Source: a virus
Reading direction: 5' to 3' (one strand)
Virus record (IMG/VR): IMGVR_UViG_3300045988_148533
Location: 39,304-103,303 of that record
Length of the DNA: 64,000 bases
Each line of letters opens with the position of its first letter. The stretch's first letter is position 1. Below are positions 51,993-60,866 of the stretch, piece by piece. The translations under genes and the position numbers were made by a program. The notes beneath the pieces were generated by a model that had not been told where the DNA came from, did no database searches, and worked only from the letters and a program-made list of their open reading frames with translations.

Positions 51993-53532
51993 TTCTCTTC
52001 CTGTTGAAGTAATCCTTCAATGACTCCTTGTTTTCCTCCTTGGGAACAACAGCATCCTCACTGCCAAACACTCCTGGAGCAACCTCCTTTATCTGCTGTG
52101 GAGCACTGTCACTCTTACGCCTCTTCGGACGCCTTTCCTCAGCGGTTGTAAGCACCGAAACATCCAGTACGGCTTCCTCCTGTACAGACCGTGTCATATC
52201 ATAGAAGAAGCCATGCTCATAGTCAGTAGGTATTCTCACTATAATGCCGTTGTTCTTATAATTCCTAAGTTTGTCACAGAATATACGTGCAATGTTCTTA
52301 TCACTTTCCTCTATCGTTATGTTACCTGTGAACACAAATGAGAAAGGCTTCACAAGTGTCCTGTCCCCCTCAGTGTTATGCCTTGTAATCACTCTTGAGG
52401 GGTCATTCCATATCTCCATGGGGACATCGCTTGTCTGACAGGCCGTTATCACGACACAGTCATATTTCACGGCTATATCCTTCATCCTCTGGGCATTCCT
52501 CTGCAGCCTGTACTTCAAATAATTAGGGTCATAGTCCAGCTTCTTGGAATCCCCTGTAAGCAGCAGGTCAAGACTGTCAACCGTTATCAGGTCAGGATAG
52601 TACCCATATTCCTTCTTGTAATCCTCTATGGCCTGCACAAGCTCTCCGAATGTCATGTCAAGCATCTCCTCAGAGGCATACACGTCTATATCACTGTTTA
52701 CAGTTGCAGCTCTCTTAATGAGTGCAGCAACTTTCTTACGTGTGCTCTCACTGAGCTCCCCCTTGACAATCTTTGTATATGTCGTCTTAGCAAGCATCTG
52801 GTCAAACTTGAACACTGCTTCGTCAACACCACCCTCAAGCTGAAAATGCAGGCAGTGATTGTGAGCAATGCTCGTGTTATACCAACAGAAGAATTTCAAA
52901 GCCGTCGACTTACCCACTCCAGAACGCATTATCCACAGTGCTGTATCCTTTCGTGGTATGCCTCCGTCGGTAAGTTCATCCAGCTTAGTAATTCCAAGAG
53001 GCATCTTGCTGCGACGTACCTCATCCTCGGCTCTCATCTGTGCTGCTGTGGTATTCTTATAAAAGTCCCGATACACTCGTGAAAACTTATGTCTGTCAGT
53101 CAAGGAAAAGGCATTCACCTCTCTGATACGCTTTTCCATCAACTGCATTGCCTCCTCAGAACGACCCTCATTGTAAATATCCACAACCTCTCTCTGAGAA
53201 GCTACAAACATCTGTCTCCTGAGAAATATTTCCAGCTGCTCAACCATAGGCTCCACATCCGGAACCTTTAAACTCTTGACTTCCTTAATCTTATCCTGAA
53301 TATCCTTATTATTAGGATAAGTCATCTCAACAGTACCAAATGTTGCAAGATTCCCCCCATTGTTCATAGTATCTGCAAGAACTTTCAACATAGCCTTGCA
53401 GGCTCCCATCTCACGAGGGAAATTACTTACGTCAACATTGCTGACGACCATCTGTGCAAACTGCCTGTTCGCAAATGCAAGCCTAAGCAGTTCCTCAACG
53501 AAATTCGGACTCAACACCGCATCAACAGCCAT
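51982..53532 (-). CDS. DnaB-like replicative helicase
   Basis: Walker A IMRSGVGKSTA, Walker B LITVDSLD, and ITACQTS. The N-terminal domain is helical. Confidence 0.7.
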   Translation of the reverse strand: MAVDAVLSPNFVEELLRLAFANRQFAQMVVSNVDVSNFPREMGACKAMLKVLADTMNNGGNLATFGTVEMTYPNNKDIQDKIKEVKSLKVPDVEPMVEQLEIFLRRQMFVASQREVVDIYNEGRSEEAMQLMEKRIREVNAFSLTDRHKFSRVYRDFYKNTTAAQMRAEDEVRRSKMPLGITKLDELTDGGIPRKDTALWIMRSGVGKSTALKFFCWYNTSIAHNHCLHFQLEGGVDEAVFKFDQMLAKTTYTKIVKGELSESTRKKVAALIKRAATVNSDIDVYASEEMLDMTFGELVQAIEDYKKEYGYYPDLITVDSLDLLLTGDSKKLDYDPNYLKYRLQRNAQRMKDIAVKYDCVVITACQTSDVPMEIWNDPSRVITRHNTEGDRTLVKPFSFVFTGNITIEESDKNIARIFCDKLRNYKNNGIIVRIPTDYEHGFFYDMTRSVQEEAVLDVSVLTTAEERRPKRRKSDSAPQQIKEVAPGVFGSEDAVVPKEENKESLKDYFNRKRNAV

Positions 53533-53556
53533 ATTGAACCCTCCTTATATCTATAA

Positions 53557-56500
53557 TCATACTGTATCAATTTTAATCTGTACATTACCCTCTCTGAGGT
53601 AATTAATAGCCATATAGGATGATGATAACGTATCATCGTGGCCGCTTATACTCTCCAATGTTCCCTTGTCACTTCTAAAGGCAACGGAATTAAATTCACC
53701 GAAAAGCATATTTATCTTGTCCCTGTCATCATGATGATACGGTACTTTTATCACACCTCTCTCAAAAAGAGCAGCCAATGACGGCCACCCACTCCGCAAA
53801 TCCTTCTTATTGTTAGTGGTTGTAAATCTTATAATATTCTTGACACCACCGTCTATCGCCAGACTACCCAGCACCGACTGGAAGTTATTGTTCTCCACCA
53901 CAACAGCATTCGGCCTGAATATCGTATTCAAAGTGATAATCCTCTGCACCTGTTCATCATACGGCATACCCTTTGCCCTGTATAGATGCAGAAGATAATA
54001 AATACCCATCCTATCCCTGCCCCACACTGTGAAACAAGTATAGTCAGCACCGACAGCACCGCTTATTCCAAAATCCACTCCAACAGCTACTGCATCCAGT
54101 TTGTAGGGGAAAGACTCTTGATTGTTCACAAGGTGAACATTCTCCATTCCAATTGTGCTTCGCTTTAGAATGTCCCACGGAAATATTGTGCTATCGTCCG
54201 ATATCGGCACCACCAGATACTCCCTCGAAAATACCAAGGAGCCTGCGGATTCCCTCTCAGCCATCAACTTCTCGAACGTAAATCTATCCGGAGCCAACAA
54301 CCTACCATCAGGAAAAACAGCAGGGTATTCAAATACCTTGAACTTACCGTCTTTCTTCAAGGAATCATAAAGGTCAGTCGATTGGTACGGGGTATTATGA
54401 GAAATGATGCCATTTGAAAGAAATGTATGAGTTTTACCCATTGTAAAATCAACCGTTATACTCCTACCCTTTCCAATTGACTTCACCCTCAAAAAAGTGT
54501 ACCCTCTTTCGGCATTAGCTTTCAATTCAAATGCTTCCTCACTTACGACTCCAGATGCAGCCACCCATTTTCCAACATTTTGAATATCCCTTAACTTATG
54601 AATACTCACTTTCTTTTTACCCCACATCTTCAACCTCTCCAAACCAAAAGTTTTTCTATCAGAAATCGTAAGGGGTTTTTGCTTTCTAACAGCCTTAATC
54701 AATCTACTCTGATACGGTACACGCAACAAGGAAAGACTATTACGGTATTTAAAAGTGTGCCATTTATCACCCTTTCCGGAATTAGGAAATCCAATTTCCT
54801 TCATAAAAAGGTTAATCATCTCTTCACTGTCAATCCTAAGCAGATACCCCATTCTGTTGGACTTAACCCTTTCAGAACTCTGACATTTCTTAACCTTAAC
54901 TGAAGACAGTATTCCAAGATTGAGTAGTGCAAACTGTATCTGACGTATTAACTCCATGCTGACAGAAAAACAGCTTATATTTCCATCAATTGAAAAACAT
55001 CCATCACCATCAAAATAACCCGACAAAAACTTTGTAATTTCTCTCTTTCCAGCATGAAATATCTTTTCAGGAATCACCTTAGTATGGCTATACCACCCCA
55101 ATTCATATCCCAAAGAAGCCCATAATTCACGCTTATCAGCTTTATAATATCTTAAATGAATTCCATCATAAACACCGTTCACCTCCCTCCATCCTCTATC
55201 AATTAAATACTGCCTAATACCAGCATTTCTCTTTGCAATAGTTATTCTATCACTGGATAAATGCCCATCGGCAATACTTAATCCTATTTGATACAATTCA
55301 TCATCACTTATATTAAGAGACTCTCCCCATATATTTGCACCCACTTTCATAGCCACAAAATCACCGATACAAATATCTTCAGCCTTCTTCCATTTATAAC
55401 AGCCGTCATCACCACATACCATAATAGGATGAATCATGCTCGTTTCCAGCGTAAACCCTTTTTCCAACTGAATCAACCTTGTCTCCGTTTCACCATTTAT
55501 ATAATATTTTTCAGCCAGCTCTAATTCCTGACCATTATAAATGAATTTATTGAAAGAATAATACCCCTTAGGACTTGTGAGTGGTACAGGGCAAAGTTCT
55601 CCTATCATACGAATACCCCTATCCGTAAGTACAAATGTATCCGGTGAAACACAACCGTCCACAATGTTATACCCATAAGGTTCCACAATAGGAGAGATGG
55701 AACCTTTGAAAATATTTTCCAGCTTCTGCCTCTGTTCCAAGGAGTAGATACTACTCTCATCAGGGAGGTCATCACTAACAGCTGCTCCAACGTGCAGACC
55801 TCGAATAAATCCTCCTGCTCCTCTGAGGTGTAGCTTAGTACCATTCTCACCCTCAACTGACTTCTCTGCCAGAACCGCCTTGCCGTTAGGGTTTATGACA
55901 TGACATAGAATGTCATTAGCCTTTATCTCCTCAACTATCTTATCCACGTGTTCCTTTCCAAGAGTTTCCGTATTGGTTATAATACACGTTTCCTGTCGAT
56001 TCTTATTATCAGGGGTATCAGGCTTCATATAGTTTGGTCTGCGATAGCTGTACAGCCTCCACAGCGGGAAGGCGAAGCAGAACTCATAGGAGTTGTGAAC
56101 CACTGTACCGTCCTCCAACTGAAATAGATGGTCTCCATCCGTCATGAACCCATAATAGGATTCCTTTCCAATAGGCTCTATAACTATATCCATCTTCTCC
56201 AGTACAGGCGTATCAGGAGAAAACACTCTGTACCCCTTGAACCTCTTACGCCTGAGGGGTGTCAATGAATAATACCTCTCAGCCTCAATCTCGACATATT
56301 CCTTCTTCTTAGTGTCAAACAGGCATAGGATGTGTGGTGCGTTTACAGCATACGCCATACCTCCTTCCTGCTCTATACGGTACATATCACTGAATCCTAT
56401 GTGCCTCGTCAATACCTTTCTTGGGGTATAGTCTATGCCCATCACCTCCATCCCAGGATATATATCTTCAACATTCTTGACAGTAAAGTCTGCCATCAAT

Positions 56501-56913
56501 ATTCTCGTGCCTCGAATAAAGCACTTTCCATGAGAACGAGCAGCAAGATAGGCACTGTTCTGATACAGCTGAATCAAATTACCCCACTCAAGATTCCTCC
56601 ACCCCTGCCTGAAGTTATTCAAAACTGTCGTCTTGAAATAATTATAGGAATGAATTTTCAGGGTATCATCCATGCTCTCACCGAGCTGCTCGATGTAGCT
56701 CAATTTCTCTGTTTCGAGAGTCCTATTCAGTGTCAGAACACTGTCCGTCTGCCGAAAAATCTCAGTAAGCAGCGCATCTATATCTCCATTATAGGCAGTA
56801 AGCAGTTGATTGACAGCCTTATTAGGAAGAGACTCTATAATGCTGAATGCCGTGTTATAGACATTATCCAGCTGCTTGTAGCTTAATTTTAAATCTTCAT
56901 TGAAGTAAATCAT
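53557..56913 (-). CDS. terL: terminase large subunit precursor containing two inteins
   Basis: After removing both inteins, the 554-aa extein has Walker A AARSHGK-S, an acidic Walker B-like block (AAVSDDLPDE), NIVDG-TPYQSTDLY, and a C-terminal RNase H-like nuclease (VGVDFG ... GHDD). Confidence 0.8.
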   Translation of the reverse strand: MIYFNEDLKLSYKQLDNVYNTAFSIIESLPNKAVNQLLTAYNGDIDALLTEIFRQTDSVLTLNRTLETEKLSYIEQLGESMDDTLKIHSYNYFKTTVLNNFRQGWRNLEWGNLIQLYQNSAYLAARSHGKCFIRGTRILMADFTVKNVEDIYPGMEVMGIDYTPRKVLTRHIGFSDMYRIEQEGGMAYAVNAPHILCLFDTKKKEYVEIEAERYYSLTPLRRKRFKGYRVFSPDTPVLEKMDIVIEPIGKESYYGFMTDGDHLFQLEDGTVVHNSYEFCFAFPLWRLYSYRRPNYMKPDTPDNKNRQETCIITNTETLGKEHVDKIVEEIKANDILCHVINPNGKAVLAEKSVEGENGTKLHLRGAGGFIRGLHVGAAVSDDLPDESSIYSLEQRQKLENIFKGSISPIVEPYGYNIVDGCVSPDTFVLTDRGIRMIGELCPVPLTSPKGYYSFNKFIYNGQELELAEKYYINGETETRLIQLEKGFTLETSMIHPIMVCGDDGCYKWKKAEDICIGDFVAMKVGANIWGESLNISDDELYQIGLSIADGHLSSDRITIAKRNAGIRQYLIDRGWREVNGVYDGIHLRYYKADKRELWASLGYELGWYSHTKVIPEKIFHAGKREITKFLSGYFDGDGCFSIDGNISCFSVSMELIRQIQFALLNLGILSSVKVKKCQSSERVKSNRMGYLLRIDSEEMINLFMKEIGFPNSGKGDKWHTFKYRNSLSLLRVPYQSRLIKAVRKQKPLTISDRKTFGLERLKMWGKKKVSIHKLRDIQNVGKWVAASGVVSEEAFELKANAERGYTFLRVKSIGKGRSITVDFTMGKTHTFLSNGIISHNTPYQSTDLYDSLKKDGKFKVFEYPAVFPDGRLLAPDRFTFEKLMAERESAGSLVFSREYLVVPISDDSTIFPWDILKRSTIGMENVHLVNNQESFPYKLDAVAVGVDFGISGAVGADYTCFTVWGRDRMGIYYLLHLYRAKGMPYDEQVQRIITLNTIFRPNAVVVENNNFQSVLGSLAIDGGVKNIIRFTTTNNKKDLRSGWPSLAALFERGVIKVPYHHDDRDKINMLFGEFNSVAFRSDKGTLESISGHDDTLSSSYMAINYLREGNVQIKIDTV
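54394..55653 (-). mobile_element. intein 2 of TerL (420 aa, LAGLIDADG homing endonuclease type)
   Basis: It starts at Cys421 (CVSPDTFVLTDRG) and ends with SHN followed by Thr841. The two LAGLIDADG motifs are LSIADGHL and SGYFDGDGCF. The junction codons were checked on the DNA (aca at 55651-55653, att at 54394-54396). Confidence 0.75.
56092..56523 (-). mobile_element. intein 1 of TerL (144-aa mini-intein in the P-loop)
   Basis: It starts at Cys131 (CFIRGTRILMAD) and ends with VVHN followed by Ser275. Excision restores GK-S of the Walker A motif. The Cys codon was checked at 56521-56523. Confidence 0.75.
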
Positions 56914-57584
56914 ACCAACTGGAATTTTTCTCTGAATCTGGAAGTTATTCTGCCTGCCGTAACAGGTGCTGAACCGACTTCCTCACCGCCTGAACCACGC
57001 AGATATTTTAAATACTGAATCATCAGCTGTGCATTGGCGCGAGTATCGTCAAGAGCTCTGTGTGCATTTATCAACGTCACCCCCTCCTTGCGACAGCACG
57101 TACTCAATTTGAAATCTTCCTGCTCAAGACTGCGATAGTAGGCCAGTTTCATTGTGTCTTCCACAAACGAAACATAATTCCAGAGACTATCCTTATTGAA
57201 CTCAAACAACCCTTCATAGAAGGGAATATCAAAACTCTGAAAATTATGTCCACACAGGACACAGCCCATCTTATCATTCTTATATTTCTTGAGTAGGTCT
57301 CTTGTCTTTCTATACACTTCCGCAACCTCAACCCCCTTGCTCTTCATAATGTCAATAGTGAGCTGGTTCACTGCAAGTGCCTGCGGATTATATTCCAGAC
57401 CATCCTTATAGAATGGAAGTACTATATCACTGTATTCCTCAATGCAGCGCAGCTCAACACAGTCAACGACTACAAAGGCTACTTCACAGAGTGCCACATC
57501 CCAGAATGCCCTCTTATCCTTATTAGGAAGACCTCCAGTCTCCGTATCAGAGACTATTATGTACCTTATCTTACTCTTTTTCAT
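56910..57584 (-). CDS. DnaQ/epsilon-like DEDDh 3-prime-5-prime exonuclease
   Basis: VSDTETGGL (ExoI), GHNFQSFDIPF (ExoII) and HRALDDTRA (ExoIII). Confidence 0.8.
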   Translation of the reverse strand: MKKSKIRYIIVSDTETGGLPNKDKRAFWDVALCEVAFVVVDCVELRCIEEYSDIVLPFYKDGLEYNPQALAVNQLTIDIMKSKGVEVAEVYRKTRDLLKKYKNDKMGCVLCGHNFQSFDIPFYEGLFEFNKDSLWNYVSFVEDTMKLAYYRSLEQEDFKLSTCCRKEGVTLINAHRALDDTRANAQLMIQYLKYLRGSGGEEVGSAPVTAGRITSRFREKFQLV

Positions 57585-57985
57585 ATTGCTAACCTCAAAA
57601 TTTCCAAGTCATAATCCCTGTCATCTATGTCATCATATTCCAGACACAGATTAACAACAGGATTCTTATCACCCTTTAGACCGAGCGGAAATTCATTTAT
57701 CATGATAAATGGAACCCCCTCCTCGGTTATACCGTCATAATAACTCAAGATATATGCCTTTCGCAGCCTGTATTTCAGCCTGTCCCTAAAGTAAATTACA
57801 GGCTTGACACTATTCTCAATCTTGTCCACAAGATTGTTAAATCTGTCAATAAATTCCTTGCTCTCAATGCCATGCTCAAGAATTATTCCCTCAATATCAC
57901 TTCTGTGATAACTCTTTACAAGCCGGAGAAGTATGTCAGTCAGATTATTTTCCATTTCCAAACTCATATTTATGGTGGCACTCAA
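57581..57985 (-). CDS. hypothetical protein
   Basis: 134-aa ORF. Confidence 0.45.
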   Translation of the reverse strand: MSATINMSLEMENNLTDILLRLVKSYHRSDIEGIILEHGIESKEFIDRFNNLVDKIENSVKPVIYFRDRLKYRLRKAYILSYYDGITEEGVPFIMINEFPLGLKGDKNPVVNLCLEYDDIDDRDYDLEILRLAI

Positions 57986-58319
57986 TACAGAGCAGCTCTA
58001 TATTTTCCTTGCATAAACGCAACTCCGGATATGCCCCCTTTGACTTGATGTGACTAAAGTAATGAACTCTCATAGGTTCTGAAAGCCTCTTACCGCACTT
58101 CACACACACGTGTTCTCTTTCCATCCAAATTTCCTTGAACATAGAAAGCTCTCCAGTAGGAATTCTGAACTGAGGCTTCCGTTCCCTGTGCTTTTGATAC
58201 GCCACGTCCTTTCTTGACAGACCGTTGTGCAACCTCCGGTAGTTGCATTCGTCACACAGGCACTTAGTGCGATTAACAATATATCGCACCTTACCACATC
58301 TCTTACATACTGCGTACAT
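57945..58319 (-). CDS. HNH endonuclease
   Basis: Two CxxC pairs (CKRCG...CDEC and CVKCG...) and HIKSKGAYPELRLCKENIELLCIECHHKYE. Confidence 0.6.
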   Translation of the reverse strand: MYAVCKRCGKVRYIVNRTKCLCDECNYRRLHNGLSRKDVAYQKHRERKPQFRIPTGELSMFKEIWMEREHVCVKCGKRLSEPMRVHYFSHIKSKGAYPELRLCKENIELLCIECHHKYEFGNGK

Positions 58320-58926
58320 TCCCTCTAATCTTAATCATACTGGATTCTTCCACCACTGCTGAAGCTACTTCACGATACACATCACCGCTTCCACCAAAGA
58401 GAACATTACAGTCAGTTGTAAAGGGACATCCTGCACAGCACCCTTGATTAGGGGTGAACGGTGAACTGAACTTCATTCCACAGTAGTTCGGGCCAGAAAT
58501 TCTTGACATTCTGTATCGTTCTCTTTCCATTTCATCCGCTGTTACACCTGTGTATGACACTCTTAGAACGGGATTCCTAAATCCAAGAGAATAACACCAT
58601 TCCCGAGCATACCACTTCGCCTCCTCGCTTGCCTGTCGCCACCTTTCAAAAGCCTCCTTTCCGAGAAACCACGAAATCGTGGGGCGAACGGTGTGATTCT
58701 GATTCTCATACAGATAGAACTGGTATACAATGAAGTTCCAGATAAAATCTGCTCCAGCATCTTCAGGCAGTCTATTGCAGAACCTCTCAACATTCTTAGA
58801 GTGACTCTCCTTAAAGCAGTGAGGGTCTTTTCTGACCCTCACCTGCAAATATTCATATATCCGAACTGTTATGTTATACAACTCTTCCTTGGAATACATA
58901 CTACTGCCATTCAAATATAATGTCAA
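58303..58926 (-). CDS. hypothetical protein with Cys-rich C-terminus
   Basis: 207-aa ORF containing GCCAGCPFTTDC. Confidence 0.5.
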   Translation of the reverse strand: MTLYLNGSSMYSKEELYNITVRIYEYLQVRVRKDPHCFKESHSKNVERFCNRLPEDAGADFIWNFIVYQFYLYENQNHTVRPTISWFLGKEAFERWRQASEEAKWYAREWCYSLGFRNPVLRVSYTGVTADEMERERYRMSRISGPNYCGMKFSSPFTPNQGCCAGCPFTTDCNVLFGGSGDVYREVASAVVEESSMIKIRGNVRSM

Positions 58927-59473
58927 ATGATTCTTCCTTCGGGTGTGTTACAGGCCGATAGCGTCTACCTGTCGGGTCAGTGGGGTCAGGTTCCGCAACA
59001 TCATTATAATTCTGCTTTGCCTTTTCACTGTCTATATGCCTGCATATCCACAGGCCCACTTCCTCCTCAGGCTTCAATTCCGGTACAGTAACACGTGCAT
59101 CAGCAGTCATCTCGACAAACTGTGCCTTGAAGGGCTTTGAATAGGGAGAAAGAACATTTTCCATCTTCTTATTACCGTACTTATCAGCCACCTCCATCTG
59201 AACAGCAGCCATCTTGTAGGAGCATACAGCATCCTCTGTATGCGGCTTCATGGATATCCGTATGTTTCTATGTGCAACACTGTCCTCATTTCTAAGCACC
59301 AGTGCCCGATACTCATCTCTGCCACTGCGAATTGACATAACGGACACCTCGTCGAAAAGATTACCAAAGTCATCATTAGTTACAGGTGTGGCTGAACGAA
59401 AGCCTCCAAGTGACCTGTCAACATTCGGCTGCTCATTTCCTGTACCGCTTGATATTGTATAATATAGCCTCAT
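58901..59473 (-). CDS. hypothetical (probably virion) protein
   Basis: 190-aa ORF with N-terminus YYTISSGTGNEQPNVDRSLGGFRS. Confidence 0.45.
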   Translation of the reverse strand: MRLYYTISSGTGNEQPNVDRSLGGFRSATPVTNDDFGNLFDEVSVMSIRSGRDEYRALVLRNEDSVAHRNIRISMKPHTEDAVCSYKMAAVQMEVADKYGNKKMENVLSPYSKPFKAQFVEMTADARVTVPELKPEEEVGLWICRHIDSEKAKQNYNDVAEPDPTDPTGRRYRPVTHPKEESFDIIFEWQ

Positions 59474-59476
59474 ATC

Positions 59477-60022
59477 TTATTTAACTTTAACAAACAATCC
59501 TTCATATTCACCTGTACCATTAGGAGTTGGAACTGAGAACACATCATATTCCCCACTTCCAGTCTTAACTTCAAAGTCCCAGTAATCCGCCTCAGTGGCA
59601 AGAACAAACTTAGCTACATAAACGATATCATTCTCAGCTATAACATCCAAGATAGGTTCTGAACTGAATGTAGTGCCGTTCTTAGTCCACTCTCTGAATG
59701 TGTACCCCTCCGCTGACTTAGCACATATCTGCACACTTGTGCCTAACTCAACGGAAATAGAATCCGTGGCCTTGTCAATTACTATCTGATTGTTAATTGA
59801 TACAAAGCCCTGAGAAGTAGTGCTGTCCTCTGTCTGAACTATTATTGATACCTTGCCTCCTTCTCCAGTATCCTCATCAAGCTCAACCTCAAGTTCAACA
59901 TCTGAACCGTCAACTACCAGACTTCCTGTCTTAGTAACATATCCAGGACATGACACTGACCAGATGACATTCGTCCCGTCAGCTGCCTGCATGGAATTTC
60001 TTACAATTCCATTCAACATCAC
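59477..60022 (-). CDS. structural protein with Listeria/Bacteroides-repeat-like module
   Basis: AEGYTFREWTKNGTTFSSEPILDVIAENDIVYVAKF resembles the GY.F.GW repeat. Confidence 0.45.
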   Translation of the reverse strand: MMLNGIVRNSMQAADGTNVIWSVSCPGYVTKTGSLVVDGSDVELEVELDEDTGEGGKVSIIVQTEDSTTSQGFVSINNQIVIDKATDSISVELGTSVQICAKSAEGYTFREWTKNGTTFSSEPILDVIAENDIVYVAKFVLATEADYWDFEVKTGSGEYDVFSVPTPNGTGEYEGLFVKVK

Positions 60023-60035
60023 CTGAGCCTGTGCA

Positions 60036-60077
60036 GGGGTCGGGACTATCGTGATGGAATATGTCTGTCCCGACCCC
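60036..60077 (-). other. 11-bp perfect GC-rich stem with 20-nt loop between structural genes
   Basis: GGGGTCGGGAC at 60036-60046 pairs with GTCCCGACCCC at 60067-60077. Confidence 0.5.
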
Positions 60078-60081
60078 CCAC

Positions 60082-60855
60082 CTACCCCAAGGCCCAGAAC
60101 TCCGTTCTCTCATCAAGAACGGTAACTGAGCCTCCGTTATTCCTTACACGTGCTATATAATACTCATTGTCTTCCTTGACAGGCGCACTGCCCTGAGAGG
60201 GTTCCTCAACAAGAAGAATCTCATAGGTATCAAAGGTGTACAGCCCCTCCAGCTGCTCATCGGTAAATCTACGGCCCATCGGTATGCTGCCAAGAACGAT
60301 GACTCTCAAGTTGCTTTCTGCCTTGAAAGCAGTACCACCGGAAAGAATGATGTTATTGTCGTTGACAATATCAACAACCTGATATACACCGCTGTTCAAA
60401 GGCTGACTCCCATCATCCTTAACGAATCTAATGCACGTCGGCACACCGCTGCTCTGCCCCCTGACAATTCCGTTGAAACTTACGCTTCCGGATACATTGC
60501 CTGATGTATCCACCTGAACATAACCATCCTCATAATTATGCTGTACATAACGAACTTTCATCCAGTAATACTTAGAATCATTCGGGATAGGAAAATCAAT
60601 GTGGTTATTCACTCGGTATGCCCTCAAATTTGAGTCAATCACATACCCCCCGACAATATTCACAGAACCCAGTACATCTGTCGATGTAGTAACCTTAAAC
60701 GGAGCAGCAGGCTTCCCCTGAGGAGAAACAAGTCCAAATGAAACGCTCGCTGAGAACATAGCCATCGTGTCAGGCTTCTCATCCAGAAAACGCACCATTC
60801 TTGTCAATTCCTCCTTTTCCAAGAATGTGCCTCTGTGTATGTTTATCTTACTCAT
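60082..60855 (-). CDS. hypothetical structural protein
   Basis: 257-aa ORF in the structural block. Confidence 0.5.
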   Translation of the reverse strand: MSKINIHRGTFLEKEELTRMVRFLDEKPDTMAMFSASVSFGLVSPQGKPAAPFKVTTSTDVLGSVNIVGGYVIDSNLRAYRVNNHIDFPIPNDSKYYWMKVRYVQHNYEDGYVQVDTSGNVSGSVSFNGIVRGQSSGVPTCIRFVKDDGSQPLNSGVYQVVDIVNDNNIILSGGTAFKAESNLRVIVLGSIPMGRRFTDEQLEGLYTFDTYEILLVEEPSQGSAPVKEDNEYYIARVRNNGGSVTVLDERTEFWALG

Positions 60856-60866
60856 AATGTGTTAAT

